From IMG/VR virus record IMGVR_UViG_2775506835_000006, positions 17,517 to 81,516 of that record: 64,000 nt of DNA; one strand, 5' to 3'. This DNA comes from a virus (taxonomy: Duplodnaviria > Caudoviricetes). Positions 38,561 to 47,231 of the stretch are shown in pieces; position 1 is the first letter of the stretch, and every line of letters starts with the position of its first letter. The notes under the pieces were generated by a model. The model did not search any database and was not told the origin of the DNA. It worked only from the letters and a program-made list of their open reading frames with translations. The translations under genes were made by a program, and so were the position numbers.

Positions 38561-39046
38561 ATGACACGTGCAGAGTTGATATCCATCTTAAATACGACAC
38601 TGGATGCTACCTTGAGAGACTGTAAAGAGGACAACCCCATTGTATTCTGGACGTTCTTCATGAATCACTTTGACGGAACAGTTCGCCGCAAAATCGGTGA
38701 TGATCTGGAACGCAAGGGAAAGAACCGATACACAGGAGAACCAGCAAAAGCCAAACAGACAGAATCTGCGGTAATAAGCAAATGTGACCAGTGCTGGTGT
38801 GACACATGCAAGAACTTTGATGACTGTGTGATTGATATGGAGGACTGTGATGCAGAGGTGGAGCCATGTCCCTGTGATGCATGTGTAGACAGAGACTGCC
38901 CACCTTATTCACCCATTACAGCGGAACCGCCATGCGGCAAATACCGCGCACACGAAGCAGGAAGGATGGAACATGCCCAAGAAAAAGAACAGAAACAGAA
39001 TATTTATCAGCCAAAAAGAAGCCTGCGAAAACTGCCAGTGCCATGA
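38561..39046 (+). CDS. Cys-rich hypothetical protein
   Basis: CxxCxCxxC...CPCxxC...C cluster. Confidence 0.55.
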   Translation: MTRAELISILNTTLDATLRDCKEDNPIVFWTFFMNHFDGTVRRKIGDDLERKGKNRYTGEPAKAKQTESAVISKCDQCWCDTCKNFDDCVIDMEDCDAEVEPCPCDACVDRDCPPYSPITAEPPCGKYRAHEAGRMEHAQEKEQKQNIYQPKRSLRKLPVP

Positions 39047-39209
39047 CTGCGCAAAGCGGGAAATCTGCCGGCTGCGCCGTCCACCGCCTCCGCCACCAGA
39101 ACGGGAAATGCTGCCATATCCCTGTCAGGGCTGCGGGAGGGATGGGGTTTACCAGCCCTTTGTCCCGAGGACTACGGCGGCGATCTGCCAGATGTGCATA
39201 ACGTCGTAG
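38973..39209 (+). CDS. Cys-rich hypothetical protein (paralogous motif to upstream gene)
   Basis: CxxCxCxxC...PYPCxxC...CxxC; AGGA RBS. Confidence 0.5.
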   Translation: MPKKKNRNRIFISQKEACENCQCHDCAKREICRLRRPPPPPPEREMLPYPCQGCGRDGVYQPFVPRTTAAICQMCITS

Positions 39210-39223
39210 GGGGGACCGGTGAA

Positions 39224-39418
39224 ATGAAACCGCCCTATGATAATACAATTTGCCCACTATGCGGAAAGGACGTGCAACAAACGCGTGTCTGGACACATTG
39301 TCCATTGTATGAAGCTATGATTTGTCAGGATCACTGCTATGCCGGCTGTTCTTCCAGAAATGAATGGTCCCCGCACTGCAGGTACGATGCCGCATTGGGA
39401 CAGGTAAACGGCAATTGA
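39224..39418 (+). CDS. Small Cys/His-rich protein
   Basis: CxxC...C...CxxHCxxxC...C. Confidence 0.5.
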   Translation: MKPPYDNTICPLCGKDVQQTRVWTHCPLYEAMICQDHCYAGCSSRNEWSPHCRYDAALGQVNGN

Positions 39419-39616
39419 ATATGAATAAAAATCACCCATCGACATGAGGCCCGGCAGCCGTCGATGGGTGAAGCATTACCCGGATAGTATCCGGAGCAAA
39501 TACATTGTACACCATCTGCTCCATGTGTATTATCCCAATAGGCAAAAGTCCGGGCCTTTTCTGCCTTGGTTGAGGTATTAACATTACGGGCATAACTGGG
39601 AGAGGGAGGAAGAGCG

Positions 39617-40420
39617 GTGTACCTGAAGAAGACCTGTAAAGCTGGAATCACTATAGAAGTACACAAGAGCTATTCCGCCCGGTACGGCCGAAACATCCCA
39701 AGGGGAAAAAGAGAAAGCCGCACACCGGAGGCGATGAAAAAATACAACGAGAAGATGGCGTGGAGAAAGCTCACCCGGCAGATCAACGCGAACTTTGTTC
39801 CCGGGGATCTATTCCTGACCTGCACCTACCGGAAGGAGGTGCGTCCGGATCCACAGCGGGCGAAGCAAAATATAGAGAATTTCCTGGACCGTGTACGTAG
39901 GCGTTTCAAAAAGGCAGGGGTGGAGTTTAAATACATTCTGGTGACAGCCTATGGAAAGCAGGGCGGGATCCATCATCACGTGATCATTCCTGCATTTGAT
40001 TATCAGGTTGTTACAGCATGTTGGCCGCACGGAGCTATGCGGTTTGAGGCCCTGTATCCAGATGGCGAATACTCCGCCCTTGCCTGGTATCTTATCAAAC
40101 AATCCCGCCTGTCCCCAGATGGAAGGGAATCCATTCCCGGGAATCGATGGTCCGGAAGCCGGAATCTTATCAAGCCGGTGGAGAAGGTGCAGGAGGTAGA
40201 CGCCAGGGAGTGGCGCGAGGAACCGAAACCTGTTAAAGGCTATTACATAGATCCGAATTCTGTAGAGAATGGGATTTCGCCGGTCACGGGGATTCCATAT
40301 CAGTTCTACAGGATGATTCAAATACAGTCATTACAAAAGGAAAGAGAAAGTTTAACAAATACAAAGCGATCCAAGGGAGAGAAACTAAAAGATAAACGAA
40401 GTAAAGGACATTCTAAATAG
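39617..40420 (+). CDS. HUH-superfamily rolling-circle replication initiator-like protein
   Basis: Motif I 'FLTCTY', motif II 'IHHHVII', motif III 'YLIKQ', 'RWSGSRNL'; GGAGG RBS. Confidence 0.75.
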   Translation: MYLKKTCKAGITIEVHKSYSARYGRNIPRGKRESRTPEAMKKYNEKMAWRKLTRQINANFVPGDLFLTCTYRKEVRPDPQRAKQNIENFLDRVRRRFKKAGVEFKYILVTAYGKQGGIHHHVIIPAFDYQVVTACWPHGAMRFEALYPDGEYSALAWYLIKQSRLSPDGRESIPGNRWSGSRNLIKPVEKVQEVDAREWREEPKPVKGYYIDPNSVENGISPVTGIPYQFYRMIQIQSLQKERESLTNTKRSKGEKLKDKRSKGHSK

Positions 40421-40688
40421 AATTAAAAGTAAAATCAACCGGTCGTAAGTGTTTAAAGTACAGCGGCTTAAAGAGCAAAAGTCACGTGCGTTGAGCTTTT
40501 TCTAACGAGCATATAGATAAAGTGCGAATCGCAAGCTCACATAGATTTCTTAAGAGATTCGCACCTCGCATAGTTACTGGATTTTTTGCATTTTAATTCT
40601 CATACAGGGGAATTGTTTTCTCATTTTTATGGGATTCGCATTTTAGGCCTTTACAACCCGCATGGTTACTGGGTATAATAGGGGTGCA
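40421..40688 (+). promoter_or_regulatory. CRISPR leader with promoter
   Basis: AT-rich; inverted repeat GTGCGAATC (40522-40530) / GATTCGCAC (40556-40564); TTTACA (40650)-N18-TATAAT (40674) just before repeat 1. Confidence 0.75.
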
Positions 40689-41056
40689 GTCAAAATCCAC
40701 GCCCCGTAAGGGGACGGAAACCCCCTGCTTCCCGATGCGGTAAATCCCGAAGTCGTGTCAAAATCCACGCCCCGTAAGGGGACGGAAACAGCTCTTTCTA
40801 CATCCAACTGATAAGTTTCATAGGTCAAAATCCACGCCCCGTAAGGGGACGGAAACGGCTGACCGCCAAGCCGCACCAGTAAAATGCGCGTCTAAATCCA
40901 CGCCCCGTAAGGGGACGGAAACATTCCAAAGCTGCTTTAGCTTTGTAGGATTACCGGTCTAAATCCACGCCCCGTAAGGGGACGGAAACCCGCCCTGAAT
41001 ATCATTCGTCCCATAAAAGATGGGTCTAAATCCACGCCCCGTAAGGGGACAAAAAG
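40689..41056 (+). CRISPR. CRISPR mini-array, 6 repeats and 5 spacers, no cas genes in window
   Basis: 33-nt repeat GTC(A/T)AAATCCACGCCCCGTAAGGGGACGGAAAC at 40689, 40757, 40824, 40890, 40957 and 41024 (last degenerate at its 3' end); unique spacers of 35, 34, 33, 34, 34 nt. Confidence 0.97.
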
Positions 41057-41097
41057 AAGCGCCCATTCCGGAAACTTGCCGGAATGGGCGCTTTGTT
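41057..41097 (+). terminator. Terminator closing the CRISPR transcript
   Basis: Perfect 15-bp stem AAGCGCCCATTCCGG / CCGGAATGGGCGCTT then TGTT. Confidence 0.7.
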
Positions 41098-41199
41098 CGC
41101 GTCTAAAAACTGCATCTGTTCCATTTGTGCGATACTTAGAAATAATAGAAGGTATCAATATATCGCATACCACAGCGGTTAAGAATGGAGGCAGGCAGC

Positions 41200-41610
41200 G
41201 TGGGGCGCAGAGACCTGAATTTGGATGAATACAATATCACAAAACTACAGTATCGAGAACTTCATAACTTTTGTTTGCAATATGCTGATAAGAAACAGCA
41301 GCTTGCGGAACTGAAAAATCCATATGGGAGTTCACAGGGTTACAATACGCCGACTGGCTGTACAATAGGAGATCCAACTGCAAGGACAGCGGAACGAATC
41401 ATAATCCTTTCTAAAGAGATTGAAGCAATTGAACAAACCGCTATGGAGATCGCCCCGGAAGAATACCAGAATATTCTGTTGGCGGTAACGGAGGACGTTC
41501 CCTGGCATTTCCTACAGCTGTTAAAAGGGTTAGAAATGGGAAGGCATGACTTTGAATGTGCTAGAAGGCGCTTTTACTATAATCTTGCACAAAGAAAAGG
41601 GATGATATAA
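41200..41610 (+). CDS. ArpU/RinA-like late transcription regulator
   Basis: 'GDPTARTA...IEQTA...RRRFYYNLA'; position just before terminase. Confidence 0.6.
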   Translation: MGRRDLNLDEYNITKLQYRELHNFCLQYADKKQQLAELKNPYGSSQGYNTPTGCTIGDPTARTAERIIILSKEIEAIEQTAMEIAPEEYQNILLAVTEDVPWHFLQLLKGLEMGRHDFECARRRFYYNLAQRKGMI

Positions 41611-41769
41611 GGAAATATTTTATATTGCTTGGCGTTCTGAACACATACCTATGGTTTATGATAGAATTACCGAAAACAAAATAAAATACAAGATCTTCTT
41701 CTCTTCCTTCCGTGATAGCGCTCTGCATTCGCAGGGCGCTATTTCTTTACCTGAAAGGAGGCCATTGTA

Positions 41770-41976
41770 TTGAATTACAAAGAAACGATAGCAGAATGTG
41801 AGGCCGAAATAGCCGTTATTGACGCAAAGCTTGCCCAGATCAGAACCAGCAACAATTGGCTGGAGAACGCCCGATACAATCAGCTCTCTTGTATGCGCGG
41901 GGACCTGTGTCTGCAGCTCCACGCGGCACGGATCGCAGCGAGCAGGGGCCGGCCACCGGATGGAGGTGATCCGTAA
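41770..41976 (+). CDS. Hypothetical protein
   Basis: AAAGGAGG RBS, TTG start, overlaps terminase start. Confidence 0.55.
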   Translation: MNYKETIAECEAEIAVIDAKLAQIRTSNNWLENARYNQLSCMRGDLCLQLHAARIAASRGRPPDGGDP

Positions 41977-42497
41977 TGGCATTAAAAGCAAAACAAAAAC
42001 GATTCGTTGAAGAATACCTTGTTGATTTAAATGCAACGCAGGCGGCAATCCGCGCCGGATATTCTCCGGAATCTGCTGGATCAATCGGGAGTGAAAACCT
42101 GCATAAACCTGAAATCCGCACGCGTATAGACAAGGCTATGGCCGAACGCTCGAAACGGACCGGAATCAACGCCGACCGTGTCCTTATGGAATTGGGTAAG
42201 ATTGCCTTCATCAATGCCACCGACGTGATCAATATGGATGATGCGACAATCTTGTCTGAAGCCAATCGCGACGACACAGCCGCAATTGCATCCGTGAAAG
42301 TCAAGACCATACCCGGAGAAGATGGAGATGGTGTCGAACGGGAAATCCGCTTGGCTGATAAACTAAAAGCTTTGGAATTGCTGGGTAAACATTTGGGCCT
42401 CTTTACCGATAAGGTAGAAGTGAAAGGGCAGATCGACACCGGGCAGAAAAAGCTTGAGGACATTTTAAGCCAGCTGCGAGGGGATTCCGGTGAATGA
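41976..42497 (+). CDS. terS: Terminase small subunit
   Basis: 'KQKRFVEEYLVDLNATQAAIRAGYS', 'DKLKALELLGKHLGLF'. Confidence 0.95.
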   Translation: MALKAKQKRFVEEYLVDLNATQAAIRAGYSPESAGSIGSENLHKPEIRTRIDKAMAERSKRTGINADRVLMELGKIAFINATDVINMDDATILSEANRDDTAAIASVKVKTIPGEDGDGVEREIRLADKLKALELLGKHLGLFTDKVEVKGQIDTGQKKLEDILSQLRGDSGE

Positions 42498-43854
42498 GCG
42501 CCTGATACTTTCAGAAAAGTATAAAGCCTTTCTCCGGTGCCGGGCACCGTATGAGTTCCTGGAGGGGACCACGGCCGCCGGCAAAACCACGGTGGGGCTG
42601 TTCAAATTCATGCTTCGCGTTGCGGAAAGCCCGAAGAAAATACATATCCTTTCCGGCCTTGACCTTGGCACAATCGAGAAGAACATTATCAACAAAGACC
42701 TGGGGATTCTTGACGACTTCGGCCCGCTGGTGGAATACAATGCGTCCGGCCGCGGACAGAATTCCTTGCCGCATTTGCTTTTCCATGCGCCGTCAGAGGA
42801 CAAAATCGTTTACGTGCTTGGCTACGATAACAAGGCCCGCTGGAAAAAGGCTCTGGGCGGACAGTACGGGTGCCTGTACATTGATGAGATCAATATTGCA
42901 GACATGGAATTCGTCCGTGAAGCGTCTATGCGTTGCGACTACCTGTTGGCCACGCTCAACCCGGATAATCCGGATCTTCCTATCTACTCGGAATACATCA
43001 ACCATGCCCGTCCTTTGCCGGAGTGGGAAAACGAGACACCAAAAGAAATATTGTCGATGCTCAACGAAAAACCAAAGCCAGGCTGGGTGCATTGGTTCTT
43101 TTCTTTTGAACATAATCTCGGGTTGCCAGCGGAAAAGGTGCAGCAGATCAGGGACAGCGTCCCGAAGGGTACAAAGCTTTATAAAAACAAAATTCAGGGC
43201 CTGCGCGGCCGCGCAACAGGGCTGGTGTTCAACTTGCAGCCGCATAATCTGGTTTCCGCCAAGTGGCTTCTGGAACAGATGCAGAGCAATCAAATTAAAT
43301 TTCTGCAAGTGTCTGCAGGCGTAGATACATCGTATTCGCAGCAGTCAGCCGATACATTTGCATTCGTGTTTTCCGGTATTACGACCGACAGGCGGAAGAT
43401 CACGCTGGCCACGGAGGTACACAACAACCGGGGTCTAACAACGCCGCTGGCGCCCAGCGATATACCACCTCTGCTGATCACGTTCTTGGAGAAGTATCGC
43501 ACCATCTTTGATCTGTTCGCCCGCAGCGTCTTCATCGATTCCGCGGATGAGGCCACGATCATTGAATGCCAGAAATACAAACGTCTGCACGGAAGCGTCT
43601 ATGAGTTTTGCCCGGCCTGGAAGAAGACAAAAATCATTGACCGTATCAATTTACAGTCCGGCTGGCTGGCGAGCGGGGATTATCTCCTTGTAACAGAATA
43701 TTGCAGAGCGGAGATTGATGAACTGAATGCATATAGCTGGAAGGAAGACAAAGACAATGAGCCGGAGGACGGCAACGACCATACGATCAACGCAGACCAG
43801 TACAGCTGGCTGCCGTACAAAGGCAGGATAGGGGGCAAGGTGATGGTTACTTGA
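42490..43854 (+). CDS. terL: Terminase large subunit
   Basis: Walker A 'GTTAAGKT', Walker B 'YIDE', 'TLNP', nuclease 'GVD' and 'DGNDHTINA..Y'. Confidence 0.92.
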   Translation: MNERLILSEKYKAFLRCRAPYEFLEGTTAAGKTTVGLFKFMLRVAESPKKIHILSGLDLGTIEKNIINKDLGILDDFGPLVEYNASGRGQNSLPHLLFHAPSEDKIVYVLGYDNKARWKKALGGQYGCLYIDEINIADMEFVREASMRCDYLLATLNPDNPDLPIYSEYINHARPLPEWENETPKEILSMLNEKPKPGWVHWFFSFEHNLGLPAEKVQQIRDSVPKGTKLYKNKIQGLRGRATGLVFNLQPHNLVSAKWLLEQMQSNQIKFLQVSAGVDTSYSQQSADTFAFVFSGITTDRRKITLATEVHNNRGLTTPLAPSDIPPLLITFLEKYRTIFDLFARSVFIDSADEATIIECQKYKRLHGSVYEFCPAWKKTKIIDRINLQSGWLASGDYLLVTEYCRAEIDELNAYSWKEDKDNEPEDGNDHTINADQYSWLPYKGRIGGKVMVT

Positions 43855-45326
43855 AATTGAGGGAGAAGGTGAAAGATATGCTGCGCAATTGGCTGCAAAT
43901 CCAGCCCGCAACGCCGAACGGGATCGTAATCCAGGAGCCCTTGGATTTTCAGGCGTCGGTGATACGCAATCAAATTTGGTATCGCGGGGAGGCTGCGGAG
44001 CTGGAGCAGCTCTACAAGCAGCTTGGAGCGCAGGACAGTACGAACGCATCCCGGTTTTGGGCTGCCGTGCCCGCCAACGCGATGAAACTGCGCAAAATTC
44101 ATTCCGGCCTGCCCGCGATCCTGGTAGACACACTGGCGTATTTGGTCAAGTCGGATATGGATGATGTAGCTTTTAAAGACAACTGCGGGGAAGCAGAGTG
44201 GAAGGCGATCACAGAAGAACTGGATTTTCAAGATACCGTTGGACAGGGTGTCGCCGGCGCGCTGAAAGCAGCGGACGGGGCCTGGAAAATATCCATAGAT
44301 ATAACCGTATCTCAGTACCCGATCGTCGAGTTTTATGAAGCGGACCGCGTGGAATACATCCAAAGCCGCGGGCGTGTAATAGGTGTGAAATTTTGGTCGG
44401 ACCATTCAGACGGCTATAAGGTGTACCGGCTATGTGAGGAATACGGGAAGGGGTATGTTTCGTACGCCCTGTATGACGGGACCAGTGAAGTCCCGCTCGA
44501 CCGCATACCGGAGCTGGCGGAATTGAAACCGGTTGCTTTTGATGGGGACTTCATGATGGCGGTGCCGTTCAAAGTCTTTGAGAGCGCCAAATTCCCAGGC
44601 CGCGGAAAAGCTCTGTATGAAAGCAAACTGGACAGCTTTGACGCGCTGGATGAAGTCATCAGCCAATGGTGGGACGCCATGCGCGCGGGCCGGGTGAAAA
44701 AGTATATCCCACGCGACCTGTTGCCGGTAGACCCCAAAACAGGAAATCTGTTGCCGCTGAATGATTTTGGCAGCGAGTACATCACTACGGAATCGCTGAC
44801 GGATGAAAACGGCGTGAGTAGAATCGATACCATACAGCCGGAAATCCGGTATGAAGCGTTTCTGTCTTCCTATACGGCCGCGCTGGACATGTGCCTGCAG
44901 GGGGTTGTTTCCCCGGCCACTCTGGGCATTGACGTTGGTAAGATGAGCAGCGCGGAGGCCCAGCGGGAAAAAAAGGATGTCACAGGGTATACGCGCAATA
45001 CCATAACCGGAGTTCTGGAAAAAGTGCTGCCGCAGCTGGTGTCGACGATCCTGATGGTCAACGATCTTATGCAGGGACGCGCCCCGGGAAACTACGAGCC
45101 ATCTGTGGGCTTTGGCGAATATGGCGCACCGTCTTTTGATAGCCGGGTGGAGACAGTCAACAGGGCCGCCGCCGCCAATACCATGAGCATAGAAACACAG
45201 GTGGATGAGCTGTGGGGGAACAGTAAAGACGACGGATGGAAGACCGGTGAAGTTGCCCGCATCAAGCAACTGCGCGGGATCGAGACGGTAGATGGACCGC
45301 CCGCGGTGGGGGATGAGCTGGCATGA
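43851..45326 (+). CDS. Portal protein (A118-like)
   Basis: 491 aa after TerL; 'SPATLGID', 'AQREKK'. Confidence 0.8.
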   Translation: MKLREKVKDMLRNWLQIQPATPNGIVIQEPLDFQASVIRNQIWYRGEAAELEQLYKQLGAQDSTNASRFWAAVPANAMKLRKIHSGLPAILVDTLAYLVKSDMDDVAFKDNCGEAEWKAITEELDFQDTVGQGVAGALKAADGAWKISIDITVSQYPIVEFYEADRVEYIQSRGRVIGVKFWSDHSDGYKVYRLCEEYGKGYVSYALYDGTSEVPLDRIPELAELKPVAFDGDFMMAVPFKVFESAKFPGRGKALYESKLDSFDALDEVISQWWDAMRAGRVKKYIPRDLLPVDPKTGNLLPLNDFGSEYITTESLTDENGVSRIDTIQPEIRYEAFLSSYTAALDMCLQGVVSPATLGIDVGKMSSAEAQREKKDVTGYTRNTITGVLEKVLPQLVSTILMVNDLMQGRAPGNYEPSVGFGEYGAPSFDSRVETVNRAAAANTMSIETQVDELWGNSKDDGWKTGEVARIKQLRGIETVDGPPAVGDELA

Positions 45327-46984
45327 CTTGGCGTCAAATCGCGGCACTCTTCGAGAAAATAGAACTGCGCCTGATCGCGTCCCTGAAACGGAATCTGGCT
45401 GCACACAAGCGCTGGGAGTGCGACGAAGGTTTTAAGTGGCCTGCCTGGCAGGCGGAGAAACTTCATAATCTGGAACGCTTTCGTAAGGAAAATCAGGAGA
45501 TTTTAAATGAGTACCAGAACGTGATTGATGAAGAAACACAGGCCATGTTGCAGGCGCAGTTTGCAGAGGGTGCGGAAGCACCCGAAGAAAGCCTCCCTGA
45601 ACCCACTTTCTTCGGCGTCAATGAGCCGCGATTAGAAAACCTGATCGAGGATATCCAACATGTGGAGGGGAAAGCCGAAAGCGCTGCACTGCGCATGATG
45701 GACGACGTCTATCGTCGGACCATACTGCAGGCGGAAACGGCTATGTCGGCAGGTGCGGTAACTTTGCCGCAGGCGATCGACCTGGCGGTCAAAGACTTTT
45801 TAGAACGTGGGATCACCTGCATTGAGTACAAAGACGGCAGCCGCCACAATATCACCGATTATGTCCAGATGGCTCTGCGCACAGCGGCAACGCGTTCCTA
45901 CCTGCAAGGGGAGGCACAACGCCGGGAAGATCTGGGAATCGATACCGTACTGGTCAGCCAGTACGGGCAGTGCTCAGAAACCTGCCTCCCCTGGCAAGGG
46001 CGCGTATACATTGACGATGTTTGGGGGAGCTGGAACGGGGAACGGGCGGGAGACCGAGGGAAAAGCGTAAACGGAAAATGGTATCCGTTGCTTTCTGTGG
46101 CTGTGAAAAACGGGCTTTTTCACCCCAATTGCCGCCACACGCTCTCCACCTGGTACGAAGGGATCAGTACGGTGCCGGAGCCGATGGACGCTAAAAAAAT
46201 CCGCAGGGACGCCGCTCTTGAGCAAAAACAGCGGGCGATAGAACGGAACATCCGACGCCTGAAACGCCTCTCAGAGGGCACGCAGGAGCCGGAAAAAGCG
46301 AAAGAATACCGAAGGCAGGTCAAACAAGCCCAGAAAGAGCTGCGGGACATTATCGCGGAGCACGACGACGTATTGCGCCGCGACTATTGGCGTGAAAAGA
46401 CCTACGGTGTGCCGGAGGTTGAAAAGCCCGCAAAAACTGCTATACTGAGGGATATAAACACAGACTATCTGCCGGTGACCAATGCTGCAATCCAGCGTGT
46501 GCCGCTGTTAAAATCATCTCTACTGACAGACCAACAGAACAAGGAACTGCGGAAAAAGCACAGGGATCTTTTGAGATACGTTCAGGAAGATGCGGTCGGC
46601 ACAGAAGCGGTTGCCTCGTATGACATGCAGCTTACGGAGCTGAACTGTTGGAAAGGGACGGAGGAGGGGAAGGTGAAACCTCCCAGAGAATCGGTCCCTT
46701 ATATGGTCATTCACAATCATCCAAGCGACGGTATTTTGGCGGTCGACGATCTTTTGGAGATGCTGCGGCAAGACAACCTGCTGCTGATCACAGCGATTGG
46801 AAACGCTGGCCATGTCAGTATGATGGAACGACTTCCGAATAACGATCCGGGCGCCTATTTGGGTTTTGTTGTCCAGGAGGCCGCCCGGAAATCCGGCTGG
46901 GACCCCTCGCCGGAAGAGTGGGTGGAATTCACAGAACATATTTTGAAAGCGGGGAAAGACTATGGCTTCAGGTTTATCCGATGA
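45323..46984 (+). CDS. Minor capsid protein (head morphogenesis) with C-terminal JAB/MPN-like extension
   Basis: 'CLPWQGRVY', 'GLFHPNCRH', 'LRRDYWREK'; extension containing E...HNHPSDGILAVDD. Confidence 0.8.
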   Translation: MTWRQIAALFEKIELRLIASLKRNLAAHKRWECDEGFKWPAWQAEKLHNLERFRKENQEILNEYQNVIDEETQAMLQAQFAEGAEAPEESLPEPTFFGVNEPRLENLIEDIQHVEGKAESAALRMMDDVYRRTILQAETAMSAGAVTLPQAIDLAVKDFLERGITCIEYKDGSRHNITDYVQMALRTAATRSYLQGEAQRREDLGIDTVLVSQYGQCSETCLPWQGRVYIDDVWGSWNGERAGDRGKSVNGKWYPLLSVAVKNGLFHPNCRHTLSTWYEGISTVPEPMDAKKIRRDAALEQKQRAIERNIRRLKRLSEGTQEPEKAKEYRRQVKQAQKELRDIIAEHDDVLRRDYWREKTYGVPEVEKPAKTAILRDINTDYLPVTNAAIQRVPLLKSSLLTDQQNKELRKKHRDLLRYVQEDAVGTEAVASYDMQLTELNCWKGTEEGKVKPPRESVPYMVIHNHPSDGILAVDDLLEMLRQDNLLLITAIGNAGHVSMMERLPNNDPGAYLGFVVQEAARKSGWDPSPEEWVEFTEHILKAGKDYGFRFIR

Positions 46985-47138
46985 GCGCCGAAAACAGTTG
47001 AAAAAGATAGCGTCCATGGCAGAACATTACCCTATGGATTCGGATGAGATGAACATGCTGGACGGCGGCGGGGATCTGCTCAGAAAATGCGCTACGCTTG
47101 CCCAGGAATTACTCGATAAAAATACCGCCAAGCCGTGA
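46962..47138 (+). CDS. 58-aa protein overlapping the minor capsid 3' end (candidate immunity protein)
   Basis: MASGLSDERRKQLKKIA...KNTAKP*; terminator-like hairpin 47121-47155 follows. Confidence 0.5.
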   Translation: MASGLSDERRKQLKKIASMAEHYPMDSDEMNMLDGGGDLLRKCATLAQELLDKNTAKP

Positions 47139-47231
47139 GGCCGGGCGGTATTTTTATGCCCAAAACATGCTGACGGCATAAAACTCTGCAAGGGAATTTA
47201 AGCCGACAGGCTATAAAAGGAGCGGAAAACA

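Noticed and set aside
40722-40956. In-window targets for spacers 1-4, e.g. the spacer 1 'GKQG' similarity to the Rep gene near 39953
   Set aside because: Only about 10/12 nt local similarity; no convincing full-length match found by eye
40643-41173. Minus-strand ORFs 40643..40876 and 40937..41173
   Set aside because: They are translations of the CRISPR repeats and spacers
36000-42000. cas genes (cas1/2/6, Cas12, Cas13) near the array
   Set aside because: No ORF has the size or motifs I can recognise (RAMP G-rich loop, RuvC triad, paired HEPN); a highly divergent small effector cannot be excluded without HMM or structure searches
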